50,674 nucleotides of DNA. Source: Gemmatimonadota bacterium (GTDB lineage Bacteria; Gemmatimonadota; Gemmatimonadetes; Longimicrobiales; RSA9). Each line of letters starts with the position of its first letter. Position 1 is the first letter of the stretch. The stretch is from assembly GCA_040905425.1 (NCBI GenBank), contig JBBDRO010000026.1:1-50674 (forward strand), written 5' to 3'. Shown here piece by piece: positions 28,234 to 36,956 of this stretch. Below the pieces are notes generated by a model, which was given only the letters and a program-made list of their open reading frames with translations, did no database searches and had not been told where the DNA came from. Both the position numbers and the translations under genes were made by a program.

Positions 28234-30206
28234 GCCACACCCTGCTGGACCTCATCCACGATGACCGACCGCACGTCTTCGACGGCGCCATGGGCACCAT
28301 GCTCTACGCACGCGGTGTCTACATCAACCGCTGCTTCGACGAGCTCTCGGTGCGCGACCCCGACCTCGTGCGCGGCGTCCACAGCGCCTACCTGAAGGCC
28401 GGCGCCGAGATCATCGAGACCAACAGCTTCGGCGCCAACCGCGTGAAGCTGGCCGAGTACGGCCTCGAGGACCGCGTGGCCGAGCTGAACGAGGCCGCCG
28501 CCCGCGTGGCGCGCCAGGCCGCCGGTGAGCAGGCGCTGGTGGCGGGCGCCGTGGGCCCGCTGGGGATTCGCATCGAGCCGTATGGCCCCACCTCCCTGGA
28601 CGAGGCGCGCGGCTTCTTCCGCGAGCAGATCGAAGCCCTCATTGCCGGCGGCGCCGACTGCATCCTGCTGGAGACCTTCCACTCCCTGGACGAGATCGAG
28701 CAGGCGCTGCTGGCCGCGCGTGACGTGGGCACCCTGCCCGTGATCGCCCAGATGACCATCCAGGAGGGTGGCAAGACCGCCTTCGGCACCACGCCCGAGA
28801 CATTGGCCGCGCGCCTCGATGCCTGGGACGCGGACGTCATCGGGCTGAACTGCTCGGTCGGCCCGGCGGGCATCCTGAGCGCCATCGAGCATCTGGCCGC
28901 CGGCACCGAGCGCAAGCTCTCCGCCCAGCCCAATGCCGGCCTGCCCCGAGAGGTGGCCGGGCGCAAGATGTACATGGCCTCGCCGGAGTACATGGCCAAG
29001 TTCGCGCAGCGCCTCATCCGCTCGGGCGTCAAGTTCGTGGGCGGCTGCTGCGGCACCACCCCCGAGCACACCAAGCTCATGGCCGACGCCGTGCACGCCC
29101 TGCACCCCCGGCGCACCGTGACCGGCGTCCACACAGAGCTGTCCAGCGCCGCCCCCCGCGAGCCCAAGCCGCTGGCCGAGCGCTCGCGCTGGGGCCGCAA
29201 GCTGGCGGCCGGCGAGCTGGTCACCACCGTGGAGATCGTGCCCCCGAAGGGCATCACCCCCGCCAAAATGCTGGCGGGCGTCCGCCTGCTCAAAGCGGCA
29301 GGCCTCGACGGCGTCAACGTCCCCGACGGCCCCCGCGCCCAGATGCGCATGGGCGTCCTCCCCACCGCCACCCTGGTCGAGCAGGTGGTGGGCATCGAGG
29401 CCGTGGTCCACTACTGCTGCCGTGACCGCAACCTGCTCGGCATGCTGAGTGACCTCCTCGGCGCCCACGCGCTCGGCCTCCGCAACCTGCTGCTCATCAC
29501 CGGGGACCCGCCGAAGATGGGCCCCTACCCCGAGGCCACCGCGGTCTTCGACATCGACGCCATCGGCCTCACCAACATGGTCTCGCGCCTGAACCGTGGC
29601 CTGGACCCCGGCGGAAACGCCATCGGCGAGCCCACCAGCTTCACCATCGGCGTGGGCGTCAATCCCGGCGCGTTGGACCAGGATTACGAATTGAACCGCT
29701 TCTACTGGAAGGTGGAGGCCGGCGCCGAGTATGCCATCACGCAGCCCGTCTTCGACGCCGAGCAGCTGCTCGCCTTCATCTCGGAACTCGAGCGCCGCGA
29801 CCTGCGCATCCCCATCGTGGCCGGTATCTGGCCACTGGTGAGTGCCCGCAACGCCGAGTTCCTGGCCAATGAAGTGCCCGGCGTCACGGTCCCCGCCCCC
29901 ATCCTGGAGCGCATGCACGCCGCCACCGCCCGCGGCAAGGAGGCAGCCCTGGAGGAAGGCATCGCCATCGCCCGCGAGATGTTCGCCGAGGTGCGCCACG
30001 CCGTGCAGGGCCTGCAAGTGAGCGCCCCCTTCGGCAAGGTGCCCTTCGCCCTGAGGGTCTTCGAGGGCATCGAAGGCATCCAGACGCTGGCCGACCTCTC
30101 CGAAGTGGAGGTGGACGGCGAACGCTTCGGCTTCGCGCCGCCCTCGCGGAGGGAAGTGGTCGAGAACGCCGGCGGTCAGCCGCTCGGAGCGTCCCCGGGA
30201 GCGTAA
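28230..30206 (+). CDS. Bifunctional homocysteine S-methyltransferase / methylenetetrahydrofolate reductase (YitJ-like)
   Basis: N-terminal DGAMGT, GLNCSVGP and GGCCGTTP; C-terminal MTHFR VEIVPPKG, CRDRN, ITGDPP and KVEAGAEYAITQPVFD; ATGA overlap with metH. Confidence 0.93.
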   Translation: MSHTLLDLIHDDRPHVFDGAMGTMLYARGVYINRCFDELSVRDPDLVRGVHSAYLKAGAEIIETNSFGANRVKLAEYGLEDRVAELNEAAARVARQAAGEQALVAGAVGPLGIRIEPYGPTSLDEARGFFREQIEALIAGGADCILLETFHSLDEIEQALLAARDVGTLPVIAQMTIQEGGKTAFGTTPETLAARLDAWDADVIGLNCSVGPAGILSAIEHLAAGTERKLSAQPNAGLPREVAGRKMYMASPEYMAKFAQRLIRSGVKFVGGCCGTTPEHTKLMADAVHALHPRRTVTGVHTELSSAAPREPKPLAERSRWGRKLAAGELVTTVEIVPPKGITPAKMLAGVRLLKAAGLDGVNVPDGPRAQMRMGVLPTATLVEQVVGIEAVVHYCCRDRNLLGMLSDLLGAHALGLRNLLLITGDPPKMGPYPEATAVFDIDAIGLTNMVSRLNRGLDPGGNAIGEPTSFTIGVGVNPGALDQDYELNRFYWKVEAGAEYAITQPVFDAEQLLAFISELERRDLRIPIVAGIWPLVSARNAEFLANEVPGVTVPAPILERMHAATARGKEAALEEGIAIAREMFAEVRHAVQGLQVSAPFGKVPFALRVFEGIEGIQTLADLSEVEVDGERFGFAPPSRREVVENAGGQPLGASPGA

Positions 30207-30320
30207 GCTGCGCACCCGGCAGCGGCAGCCGAGGCGGCAGCGGCCAGGATGGTGGAATGGGCCAACGAAGGCGATTTTCGGTGCCGTGTACGCATCTACG
30301 TTGTGCCCTCCCAAACACTC

Positions 30321-31635
30321 TATTCATGTCCGCAGGAAATGTTGGTGTGGCGTAAAGGCTAGACAGGACGTTCCACACCCTCATCCCATCGTATTCGGCG
30401 GTCCGCGCACGTCCCACGTCAGCAGCTCCCCCACGAAGTGCCCGCGCCGCGTGGCATCCACGATCTCGTACCACACCAGGTAGTTCTCCAGGTACTTGGT
30501 GGCCACGCCCCGGAATCGAGGCATCCACGCATGAAGCCGCATCGTGTAGGAGCGAACGTGCGCCAGGTGATGAAGCGGATCCTGGGTCACTGCCAGCGAC
30601 TCGGACAACCGCCCACGCACCGTCCCTCGCCGCGCCGGTAGCGGTTCAAGCGACGAGCTTCCCCACGCCTGTCGGTAGCGCATCCCCAAGCGGCGCGCCA
30701 CCGCCGCATACTTGCTCAACCGACCCTGCTTCGCCACGAGCACCGCATCTCCCCGGACGGCTTCTCGCAAGGCGCTTTCCACGCCGTGCCCACGGCAGAT
30801 CTGCCTGAGCGGCAGACGCCAACGGTACCAGCGACCTTCATGGAACTCCACCAATCTTCCGCGTTCGCCGATCACCCCGGACCAGTGTGCACCCGTCCGG
30901 TCGACCAGCAGCAGCACGCGCACCAGATGCTCCGCGGGCCGGCCCGGTATCCGACCCGCTGCGTGCGACCCCTCCGCCCGGTGCTGACCCTTGGTCGAAT
31001 AGGGAAACGCGGTCTCGCCGAGCTCGATGATCCCACGCAGAGGTCGCGGAGGTGCGGCAAGGTGCGCAGCCAGGATCCGGTGTCGCCACCGGAAGGCCGT
31101 ATCCTTGTGAATGCCCACCCGCCGAGCGCTCGCGCGCACGGACCGCCCGTCGAGCATGCAGGCACAGTAGGCGGGCCAGAGGCGCAGGCGCTTGGTGTAG
31201 GCCAGCGGAGTGCCGGTGAGGTCGCTGAACGTGCGCCGACAGCCGTGGCAACGATAGCGTTGCCGACCCGAAAAACGCCCCCAGCGGATCACCTTCGTGG
31301 AGCCACAGCGGGGGCACGCGGGCCCACGCGAAAAGCGCCGGTCGCGAACGTCCTGGATAACGGGCAACTCGCGCTGGCGCTCCAGCCGAGCGAGCTGGGC
31401 CGGGGTGAGGGGAGCAGGCCGCCGCCGCTCGATGCGGGCCATGCGCTCGTGTCGCTCATGGTCGCGCAGAGCCTCGGCATGCGTGAGGAAGGCCTCCGAA
31501 TCAGAGGGGTTCGGAGGCGGCCGGTCGGGGGGGTCGGGATGGGGCGGAGGAGGGGTAGTCATGGCAGAAAGATCGGTGACCAGCGGGGCACCGGAATGGC
31601 CCATTGCGCCACCAACAATTCCCGCGCACATAGGC
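30321..31635 (-). mobile_element. Degenerate IS1595-family element
   Basis: Imperfect inverted repeats atgtccgcaggaaatgttggtg (30326-47) and atgtgcgcgggaattgttggtg (reverse complement of 31610-31) bracket a transposase ORF. Exact ends uncertain; no target duplication seen. Confidence 0.7.
30381..31562 (-). CDS. IS1595-family transposase-like protein (zinc ribbon, HTH, degenerate catalytic domain)
   Basis: CPRCGS...RQRYRCHGCRRTFSDLTGTPL; HTH SVRASARRVGIHKDTAFRWRHRIL; C-terminal RFRGVATKYLENYLVW. Confidence 0.85.
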   Translation of the reverse strand: MTTPPPPHPDPPDRPPPNPSDSEAFLTHAEALRDHERHERMARIERRRPAPLTPAQLARLERQRELPVIQDVRDRRFSRGPACPRCGSTKVIRWGRFSGRQRYRCHGCRRTFSDLTGTPLAYTKRLRLWPAYCACMLDGRSVRASARRVGIHKDTAFRWRHRILAAHLAAPPRPLRGIIELGETAFPYSTKGQHRAEGSHAAGRIPGRPAEHLVRVLLLVDRTGAHWSGVIGERGRLVEFHEGRWYRWRLPLRQICRGHGVESALREAVRGDAVLVAKQGRLSKYAAVARRLGMRYRQAWGSSSLEPLPARRGTVRGRLSESLAVTQDPLHHLAHVRSYTMRLHAWMPRFRGVATKYLENYLVWYEIVDATRRGHFVGELLTWDVRGPPNTMG

Positions 31636-31736
31636 AGGGCGTGTCGAGGGGGAGATGTTGCCTCCTTTCAGGTGTCCCATCTTCACATTACCGTGCTCTC
31701 GTCCTTCAGTCGCCCCGCCTCCCCTTTTCATAAGCG

Positions 31737-31775
31737 ACGAGGGGGCGGCGCCGTTACCGGCGCCCTCCCCCTCGC
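31737..31775. terminator. GC-rich hairpin after the DUF5916 gene
   Basis: cgaggggg-cggcgccg-ttac-cggcgcc-ct-ccccctcg; U tract weak. Confidence 0.45.
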
Positions 31776-31798
31776 GGCTCCGCTAGCTTCGCGCGCTA

Positions 31799-34552
31799 CT
31801 ACAGGCCGAGCCAGTAGCTGACCTTGATCAGGAACACGTTTTCGGCCCGGCGCCCGAACAGCGCGTCCACGTCGCGCGAGATGTCGAAGTCGCCCTGCCG
31901 CGCCGACGTGTCGCGGCCCTGTGTCCACACCACGAAGAGCGAGGATCCGGGCCGATATTCCCACCGGAGGACCGCGTTGGAGCGGAACTCACTGACGTTG
32001 AAATCGGGGTCATTGAAGCTGAAATCAGCCGTGCCGTCCGTGTTGGTGTCTACTGCGTAGACTCGCCTGCCGCTGTCATCGTGATGGCTGCTGATCTGAG
32101 CTTCCGAATACGTATGGAAACGCCCGGCGAAGCTTTCCGCACGAGGATCGCTCACCTCCATGAAGCCATCATAGTCCCCGGCGGCCAGGAACGGCTGCGC
32201 GTAGAGCTCCAGCGAGAGTGTGGGCGTGAAGGTATAGGCCACGCGCGCCGTCAGCCCGAGCACCGTCTGGTCCATCTTGGCATACAAGAAGTGACTCTCA
32301 TCGTAGGCGGTGCGGCGGCCGACCCACTGCCATCCTGCGTTCGTCCGGGACCAGTTGGCCCCGAGGGAGACCTGAGCTCGGTCCGAGGGGCGGAGGTTGA
32401 CGCTCGGGCTGAGCGAATAATTCGACCCGCCGGTCTCGTTCTCGATACGCCAGTTGAGGTTCAGTCTGCCCTGCAGCGACTTGCGGTCGTCGCTGTAGAG
32501 GCCCCCCCAGCCGTTTACGGCAGACGGGGTGCGGATGGCCGGGCCGCCGCGCAGCGCACTGACGGACAGGCCGGAGCTCTGTGGGTTGACGCCGAAGTGG
32601 CCGCCCCAGCGGTTGTGCAGCTGGAAATTGCCGTTGACGTTGCCACCCACGCCCATGTGCTCGCCACCGAACGTGTAGGAGTTCCAACCGTTGAGGTTGA
32701 CGCCCCACCTGCGAAACCAGTTGCCCGGCGTGTTGTCGCGGTAGCCTACGAATCCCACGTGGAGGATCTGGTCGGCGTCCTGCTGATATCCCAGGTCGTT
32801 CACCTCGAATCCCGGAGCGCGGATGTTCAAGGCCGTGAGGTAGCTCCAGTTACCGCCGCCCACCTTGCCCACCTCCGTGGAACTCATCCACCCGGAGAGC
32901 GTGGTGCGCGTGGGGTCGAGTTCTTTGTAGTCGGCGTCCGGCCGCTGGTAGTAGCGGGCGGGAGCGCGCTGGGTGGCGCTGATGGCGTCCGCGCTTCCGC
33001 GCACATGGCTGCCTACGAGGCTCGAGCTGAGCGTGTAGTCGGTGCCGGACTCGCCGCCCCACCGATGCCGGGCGCTTGCACCCACGGTATAGGCGCCCGT
33101 GTGCAGCTGATCGATGGCCGGATCATCGATGCGCCGGTTCACGGCCGTGCCGATGAGACTGAGTGCGCTGCGCCCCGCGCGGAAATCGCGGATCACCCGG
33201 CCGACCGTGTAGTTCGTGAACGGCTCCACCACGGTCCTGCCCCGCGTGCCGTCGGCAGCTGTCCAGCGTGCTTCCTCGGCCTGCGTGACCGCTTCGAGAA
33301 CCCCGATGGACCAGCCCCCGGCGGTCTTACCGGACAGCTTGGCGGCACCGAGGATCGTGCTTTGCGAAGGCGCCGTCGACCATTCAGCCGCGTCTGGCGC
33401 CGCGCCGCGCGGGGCCCGGCCGATCCGCCGTGAGTAGAAGAGCCCTTCGTTGCCCAGGTCGCCATCGCCCAGGCCGATGCCGAAGCGGTAGATGTCGGCG
33501 CCCTCTACAAAGAACGGGCGCTTTTCGGGCAGGAACGTCTCGAACGCGCTCAGGTTCACCACGGATGGATCAGCCTCGACCTGACCGAAATCGGGGTTGA
33601 TCGTGGCGTTCAGGGTGATGTCGGACGTCAGTCCCACCTTGATGTCGCCCCCGAAGCCGCCGGTGGGATCGGTCCGCTCGAAGTAGGGGTTGTCGGGATT
33701 GCCATTGGCGCGGTCCACGCGGCCCAGCGAATAGGGCAGCAGTTCCACGCTGCGGGATGGCTCCAGGCCCTGGAGCCCGCGCAGTTCGCCGAAGCGGGAG
33801 ACCACGGCGTTCACGTCGGGGTCGAGCGGCGCCCACACACTGGACTCGTTCAGGCGCGCTACGTCACGGCGCACTTCGAAGCCCCAGGCGCGGGTGCCGT
33901 CGGTCGAGAATCGAAGCTGGGAGAGTGGAATGCGAAACTCGGCCGTCCAGCCCTGGTCGTCGGTGGACACGGCCACATCCCAGATGGCGTCCCAGTCGTG
34001 CGTCTCCATGACGTCGTCATAGAGGAGGATGTCACGCTTCACACCGGCTGGGTTCACGCCGAAGGCAAAGCCCGTGCGACGGTCGCCGTAGCTGTCCATG
34101 GCCACGAAAACCCAGTCGGAGTATACGTCGCTATCCCGGCGGGCCAGGCGTCCCACGATCGAATCGGGGCTCGTGTCATACATGCGGACACCGACGTAGA
34201 TTGCTTCGTGGTTGTACACCACGCGGACTTCGGTGGGGAAGGTGGCAGGGCTGCCGGCCTCGGGCTGAAATTGCACGAAATCTCCGGCGATCTGGGCGCT
34301 TTCCCAGACGGCGTCGTCGAGGCGGCCGTCCAGGTCGGGCGCGGCGCCGGCTACTTTCGTGGCCATGAGGAAGGGGACCGGCTGCCCGGCCCGCATGGGT
34401 GCGGAACCGGAGTCCGCGGTCGCGGCGTCGGCAGCCATCTGCTGGGCGGAAACGGAGGGTGCAAGCGCTATCGCGCCGACCATCGTGCCCGCCGCGATAC
34501 AGGTGCGGAGTGAAGGGCCGAGGCGGCGCGCGATCTGCTTCGTCAGGTTCAT
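31799..34552 (-). CDS. DUF5916 / CBM9-like domain outer-membrane protein
   Basis: Signal peptide ending VSA|QQ; CBM9-like PDLDGRLDDAVW...GWTAEFRIPLSQLRF; ATINPDFGQVEADP...PEKRPFFVEG...LFYSRRIG; barrel-like end VLRWEYRPGS...FLIKVSYWL. Confidence 0.88.
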   Translation of the reverse strand: MNLTKQIARRLGPSLRTCIAAGTMVGAIALAPSVSAQQMAADAATADSGSAPMRAGQPVPFLMATKVAGAAPDLDGRLDDAVWESAQIAGDFVQFQPEAGSPATFPTEVRVVYNHEAIYVGVRMYDTSPDSIVGRLARRDSDVYSDWVFVAMDSYGDRRTGFAFGVNPAGVKRDILLYDDVMETHDWDAIWDVAVSTDDQGWTAEFRIPLSQLRFSTDGTRAWGFEVRRDVARLNESSVWAPLDPDVNAVVSRFGELRGLQGLEPSRSVELLPYSLGRVDRANGNPDNPYFERTDPTGGFGGDIKVGLTSDITLNATINPDFGQVEADPSVVNLSAFETFLPEKRPFFVEGADIYRFGIGLGDGDLGNEGLFYSRRIGRAPRGAAPDAAEWSTAPSQSTILGAAKLSGKTAGGWSIGVLEAVTQAEEARWTAADGTRGRTVVEPFTNYTVGRVIRDFRAGRSALSLIGTAVNRRIDDPAIDQLHTGAYTVGASARHRWGGESGTDYTLSSSLVGSHVRGSADAISATQRAPARYYQRPDADYKELDPTRTTLSGWMSSTEVGKVGGGNWSYLTALNIRAPGFEVNDLGYQQDADQILHVGFVGYRDNTPGNWFRRWGVNLNGWNSYTFGGEHMGVGGNVNGNFQLHNRWGGHFGVNPQSSGLSVSALRGGPAIRTPSAVNGWGGLYSDDRKSLQGRLNLNWRIENETGGSNYSLSPSVNLRPSDRAQVSLGANWSRTNAGWQWVGRRTAYDESHFLYAKMDQTVLGLTARVAYTFTPTLSLELYAQPFLAAGDYDGFMEVSDPRAESFAGRFHTYSEAQISSHHDDSGRRVYAVDTNTDGTADFSFNDPDFNVSEFRSNAVLRWEYRPGSSLFVVWTQGRDTSARQGDFDISRDVDALFGRRAENVFLIKVSYWLGL

Positions 34553-34618
34553 GCCAAGGGATCTCCAATGGTGGTACGTGCTCATCGAACCGCCCTACGA
34601 GGGAGCTCTACCACCAGT

Positions 34619-34647
34619 TTCGATGGGCGCAGCGGCGGATTGGTTGC
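34619..34647 (-). promoter_or_regulatory. Putative ECF promoter of the DUF5916 gene
   Basis: GCAACC-N16-CATCGAA, same architecture as 10216-10244. Confidence 0.45.
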
Positions 34648-34722
34648 GGCGGGATCATACGCGTGGTGTTCACGGCGGGGTCGGTTCCCCCGCAGGTGGC
34701 CACGCAAAGACCGGGGGGCAGG

Positions 34723-35661
34723 ATGCGGCGACTGAGGTTCGCGAAGGGGCATGGGCTGGGGAATGACTATCTGGTGGTGCATGAGGCGGAACTGCCCGAT
34801 TCACTGACCGGCGCGCGGGCCGTCCTGCTGTGCGATCGCCACCGCGGGCCAGGCTCGGACGGCGTTCTCGTGGCGGATCTGGCGATGCGGCCCAAAGGAC
34901 CGTTTCGCCTGCGCATCGTGAATCCGGATGGCACCGAGGCGGAGAAGAGCGGCAACGGATTGCGCATTTTCGCGGCCTGGCTGCACGCGCGAGGCGCGGT
35001 GGAAACCGGTGCGTGGTTCGACGTCGAACTGGCCCGGGACACCGTGCGCATGCGGGTCGAGGGCCCCGACGAAGGCCGGAGCGGGGCACTGATCGTCCGG
35101 GTGGAGATGGGCCGGGCGGCGTTCAGCGCGCGGGCGGCAGGCTTCACGCCGGCAGGAGCGGCAGGAGCGCCAGAAGGGGACGGAGCGGAGGGAGCGGAGG
35201 ATGACGTGGGGGGCGGGGTGCCCCTGGCGCTGCCGGGCGGGGTCGAGACCGTGCATCCGCTCTCCCTCGGCAATCCGCACTGCGTAGTGCTGGTGGACAG
35301 GCTGGAACGGGACGATTTTGTGGGGCGGGCTCCGGCGCTTTGCACGCACGAGGCCTTTCCCGCCGGAACGAATGTGCAGTGGGCCCGGGCGGCTGGACCG
35401 CGTCTGCTGGAAGCCTGGATCTGGGAGCGAGGGGCCGGCGAGACGCTGGCGTCGGGCTCCTCGGCGTGCGCCGTGGCCGCGGTGGCGGTGCGCAACGGCC
35501 TCGTGGAGGCCGGGGCGGTGGAGGTGCGTATGCCCGGCGGTAGCGTCCAGGTGGACGTAGCTCAGGACTACGCGCTCACTCTCGTGGGGCCGGCAGTCAT
35601 GATCTACGAGGGCGAGCTTACGGAAGCCATGACCGCGGCGTGGTTGGCCGAGGGCAGCTGA
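34723..35661 (+). CDS. dapF: Diaminopimelate epimerase-like protein with Cys-to-Ser active-site variants
   Basis: FAKGHGLGNDY, GSDG, NPDGTEAEKSGNG, LGNPHCV, FPAGTNVQ and WERGAGETLASGSSACA. Confidence 0.85.
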   Translation: MRRLRFAKGHGLGNDYLVVHEAELPDSLTGARAVLLCDRHRGPGSDGVLVADLAMRPKGPFRLRIVNPDGTEAEKSGNGLRIFAAWLHARGAVETGAWFDVELARDTVRMRVEGPDEGRSGALIVRVEMGRAAFSARAAGFTPAGAAGAPEGDGAEGAEDDVGGGVPLALPGGVETVHPLSLGNPHCVVLVDRLERDDFVGRAPALCTHEAFPAGTNVQWARAAGPRLLEAWIWERGAGETLASGSSACAVAAVAVRNGLVEAGAVEVRMPGGSVQVDVAQDYALTLVGPAVMIYEGELTEAMTAAWLAEGS

Positions 35662-35662
35662 C

Positions 35663-35743
35663 GCGCCCCGGGGCTGGGTGCGCCCTGGGCCCGGGAGCGC
35701 CCCGGGCCTGGGAGCGCCCCGGGGCTCGGGTGCGCCCCTGCCC
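35663..35743. repeat. About 17-bp tandem repeat (x4.5) filling the dapF/lptG convergent gap
   Basis: gcgccccggggctgggt / gcgccctgggcccggga / gcgccccgggcctggga / gcgccccggggctcgggt / gcgcccctgccc. Confidence 0.8.
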
Positions 35744-36810
35744 TAGGTGCGTACGCGGGTCATCAGCACCACGGCCGCCACCGCGAACAGCGCGTTCGGC
35801 CCCCAGGCCGCCAGATCGGGCGAGATGGTGCCGGTGTTTCCCAGGGCCTCGGTCACCTTGAAGAGCATCAGATAGACCACGGTCACGGCCAGCGAGATGC
35901 CGATCCCATAGGCGGGTCCGCCACGACTCGAGGTGGTGGCCATGGGCATCCCGAAGAGGATGATGATGAAGGTGGCCACGGGTATGGCCAGCTTCATGGC
36001 GCGCTCCACTTCCAGCTCGAGGGGTTCGGTGCCGGAACGCTTCAGCGATTCGATGAAGGCGCTCAGCTCGGCGTAGCGCATCTCGTCGGGCTCCTTGGGC
36101 GTGGCCAGGAACTCGTCGGGCGTGTAGGTGAGGTTCTCCGGCTGCACGGAATCGAACGGGATACTCTCCACGACGCCCTCGCCAACCCACTCGCGCTGGA
36201 AGCCGTCGTGGAGCGTCCAGCGGCTGCTCGCGCTGTCGTAGACGGCACGCCGGGCCACGAGATCCACGGTGGGCATGCTCGCCCCGTCCCCCTCCAGCTC
36301 CCCGTGGAAGAAGTAGATGGTGTCCCCGGTGATGCGGCGGCCACGATAGAACCAGTTGTCGGGGGCGCGGTAGTGGAAGTTGCTGCGCGACTGCACCTGC
36401 CCGGCGCGATCACCGCGCAGCTCGGCCGCCTGCGACTGCGTGACGGGCACCACCTCCGAGAGCCCCAGGCCGAGCGCAGTGGCCACAAGGCCCAACAGCG
36501 GCAGCGGCAGGAAGAGCCGCCAGAAGCTCACGCCCCCCGCCTTGGCGGCCGCGACCTCAGAGGTGCGCGTCATGTTGCTTACGGTGAACACCGTGGCAAT
36601 GAGCCCGGCCACCGGCAGCGACCAGAGCATGAAGAGCGGATAAGCGTAGAGGTAGCTCAGCGCCTGGTCCGCGAGGGGAATGCCGCGGTTCGAGTACGTA
36701 TCGATGCGGTCGGTCCAGTCCCCCAGGATGAAGAGGAAGGGCGCCGCCACCGTGAAGAGCACGAAGAGGCGGATGAACTCGCGGGCCACCAGGCGGTCGA
36801 GGCGGCGCAT
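35743..36810 (-). CDS. lptG: LPS export ABC transporter permease LptG (YjgP/YjgQ family)
   Basis: MRRLDRLVAREF, SEVAAAKAGGVS, periplasmic domain, KLAIPVA...WGPNALF. Confidence 0.88.
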   Translation of the reverse strand: MRRLDRLVAREFIRLFVLFTVAAPFLFILGDWTDRIDTYSNRGIPLADQALSYLYAYPLFMLWSLPVAGLIATVFTVSNMTRTSEVAAAKAGGVSFWRLFLPLPLLGLVATALGLGLSEVVPVTQSQAAELRGDRAGQVQSRSNFHYRAPDNWFYRGRRITGDTIYFFHGELEGDGASMPTVDLVARRAVYDSASSRWTLHDGFQREWVGEGVVESIPFDSVQPENLTYTPDEFLATPKEPDEMRYAELSAFIESLKRSGTEPLELEVERAMKLAIPVATFIIILFGMPMATTSSRGGPAYGIGISLAVTVVYLMLFKVTEALGNTGTISPDLAAWGPNALFAVAAVVLMTRVRT

Positions 36811-36956
36811 CAGCGTGCTCCCCGGCTCAGCGGCGTGGTTGTCCGGCGCATCAGCGTGCTCCCCGGCTCAGCGGCGTGGTTGTCCGGCGCATCAGTGTGC
36901 TCCCCGGCGCAGCGGCGTGGTTGCCCGGCGCATCAGCGTGCTCCCCTGCGCAGCGG
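36803..36956 (-). repeat. 41-bp tandem repeat (3 full copies + partial) of the lptF-stop/lptG-start junction, encoding three 13-aa mini-ORFs
   Basis: Unit cggcgcatcagcgtgctccccggctcagcggcgtggttgtc at 36803, 36844, 36885 and 36926 (partial); each carries GGGGAG plus TGATG on the minus strand. Confidence 0.95.

Noticed and set aside
23664..31635. TA + met operon + IS as a single genomic island
   Set aside because: No integrase, tRNA or flanking direct repeats, and the met genes have native-looking codon usage.
36803..36956. 41-bp repeats as a CRISPR array
   Set aside because: The units are contiguous with no unique spacers, derive from the lptF/lptG junction, and no cas genes are present.
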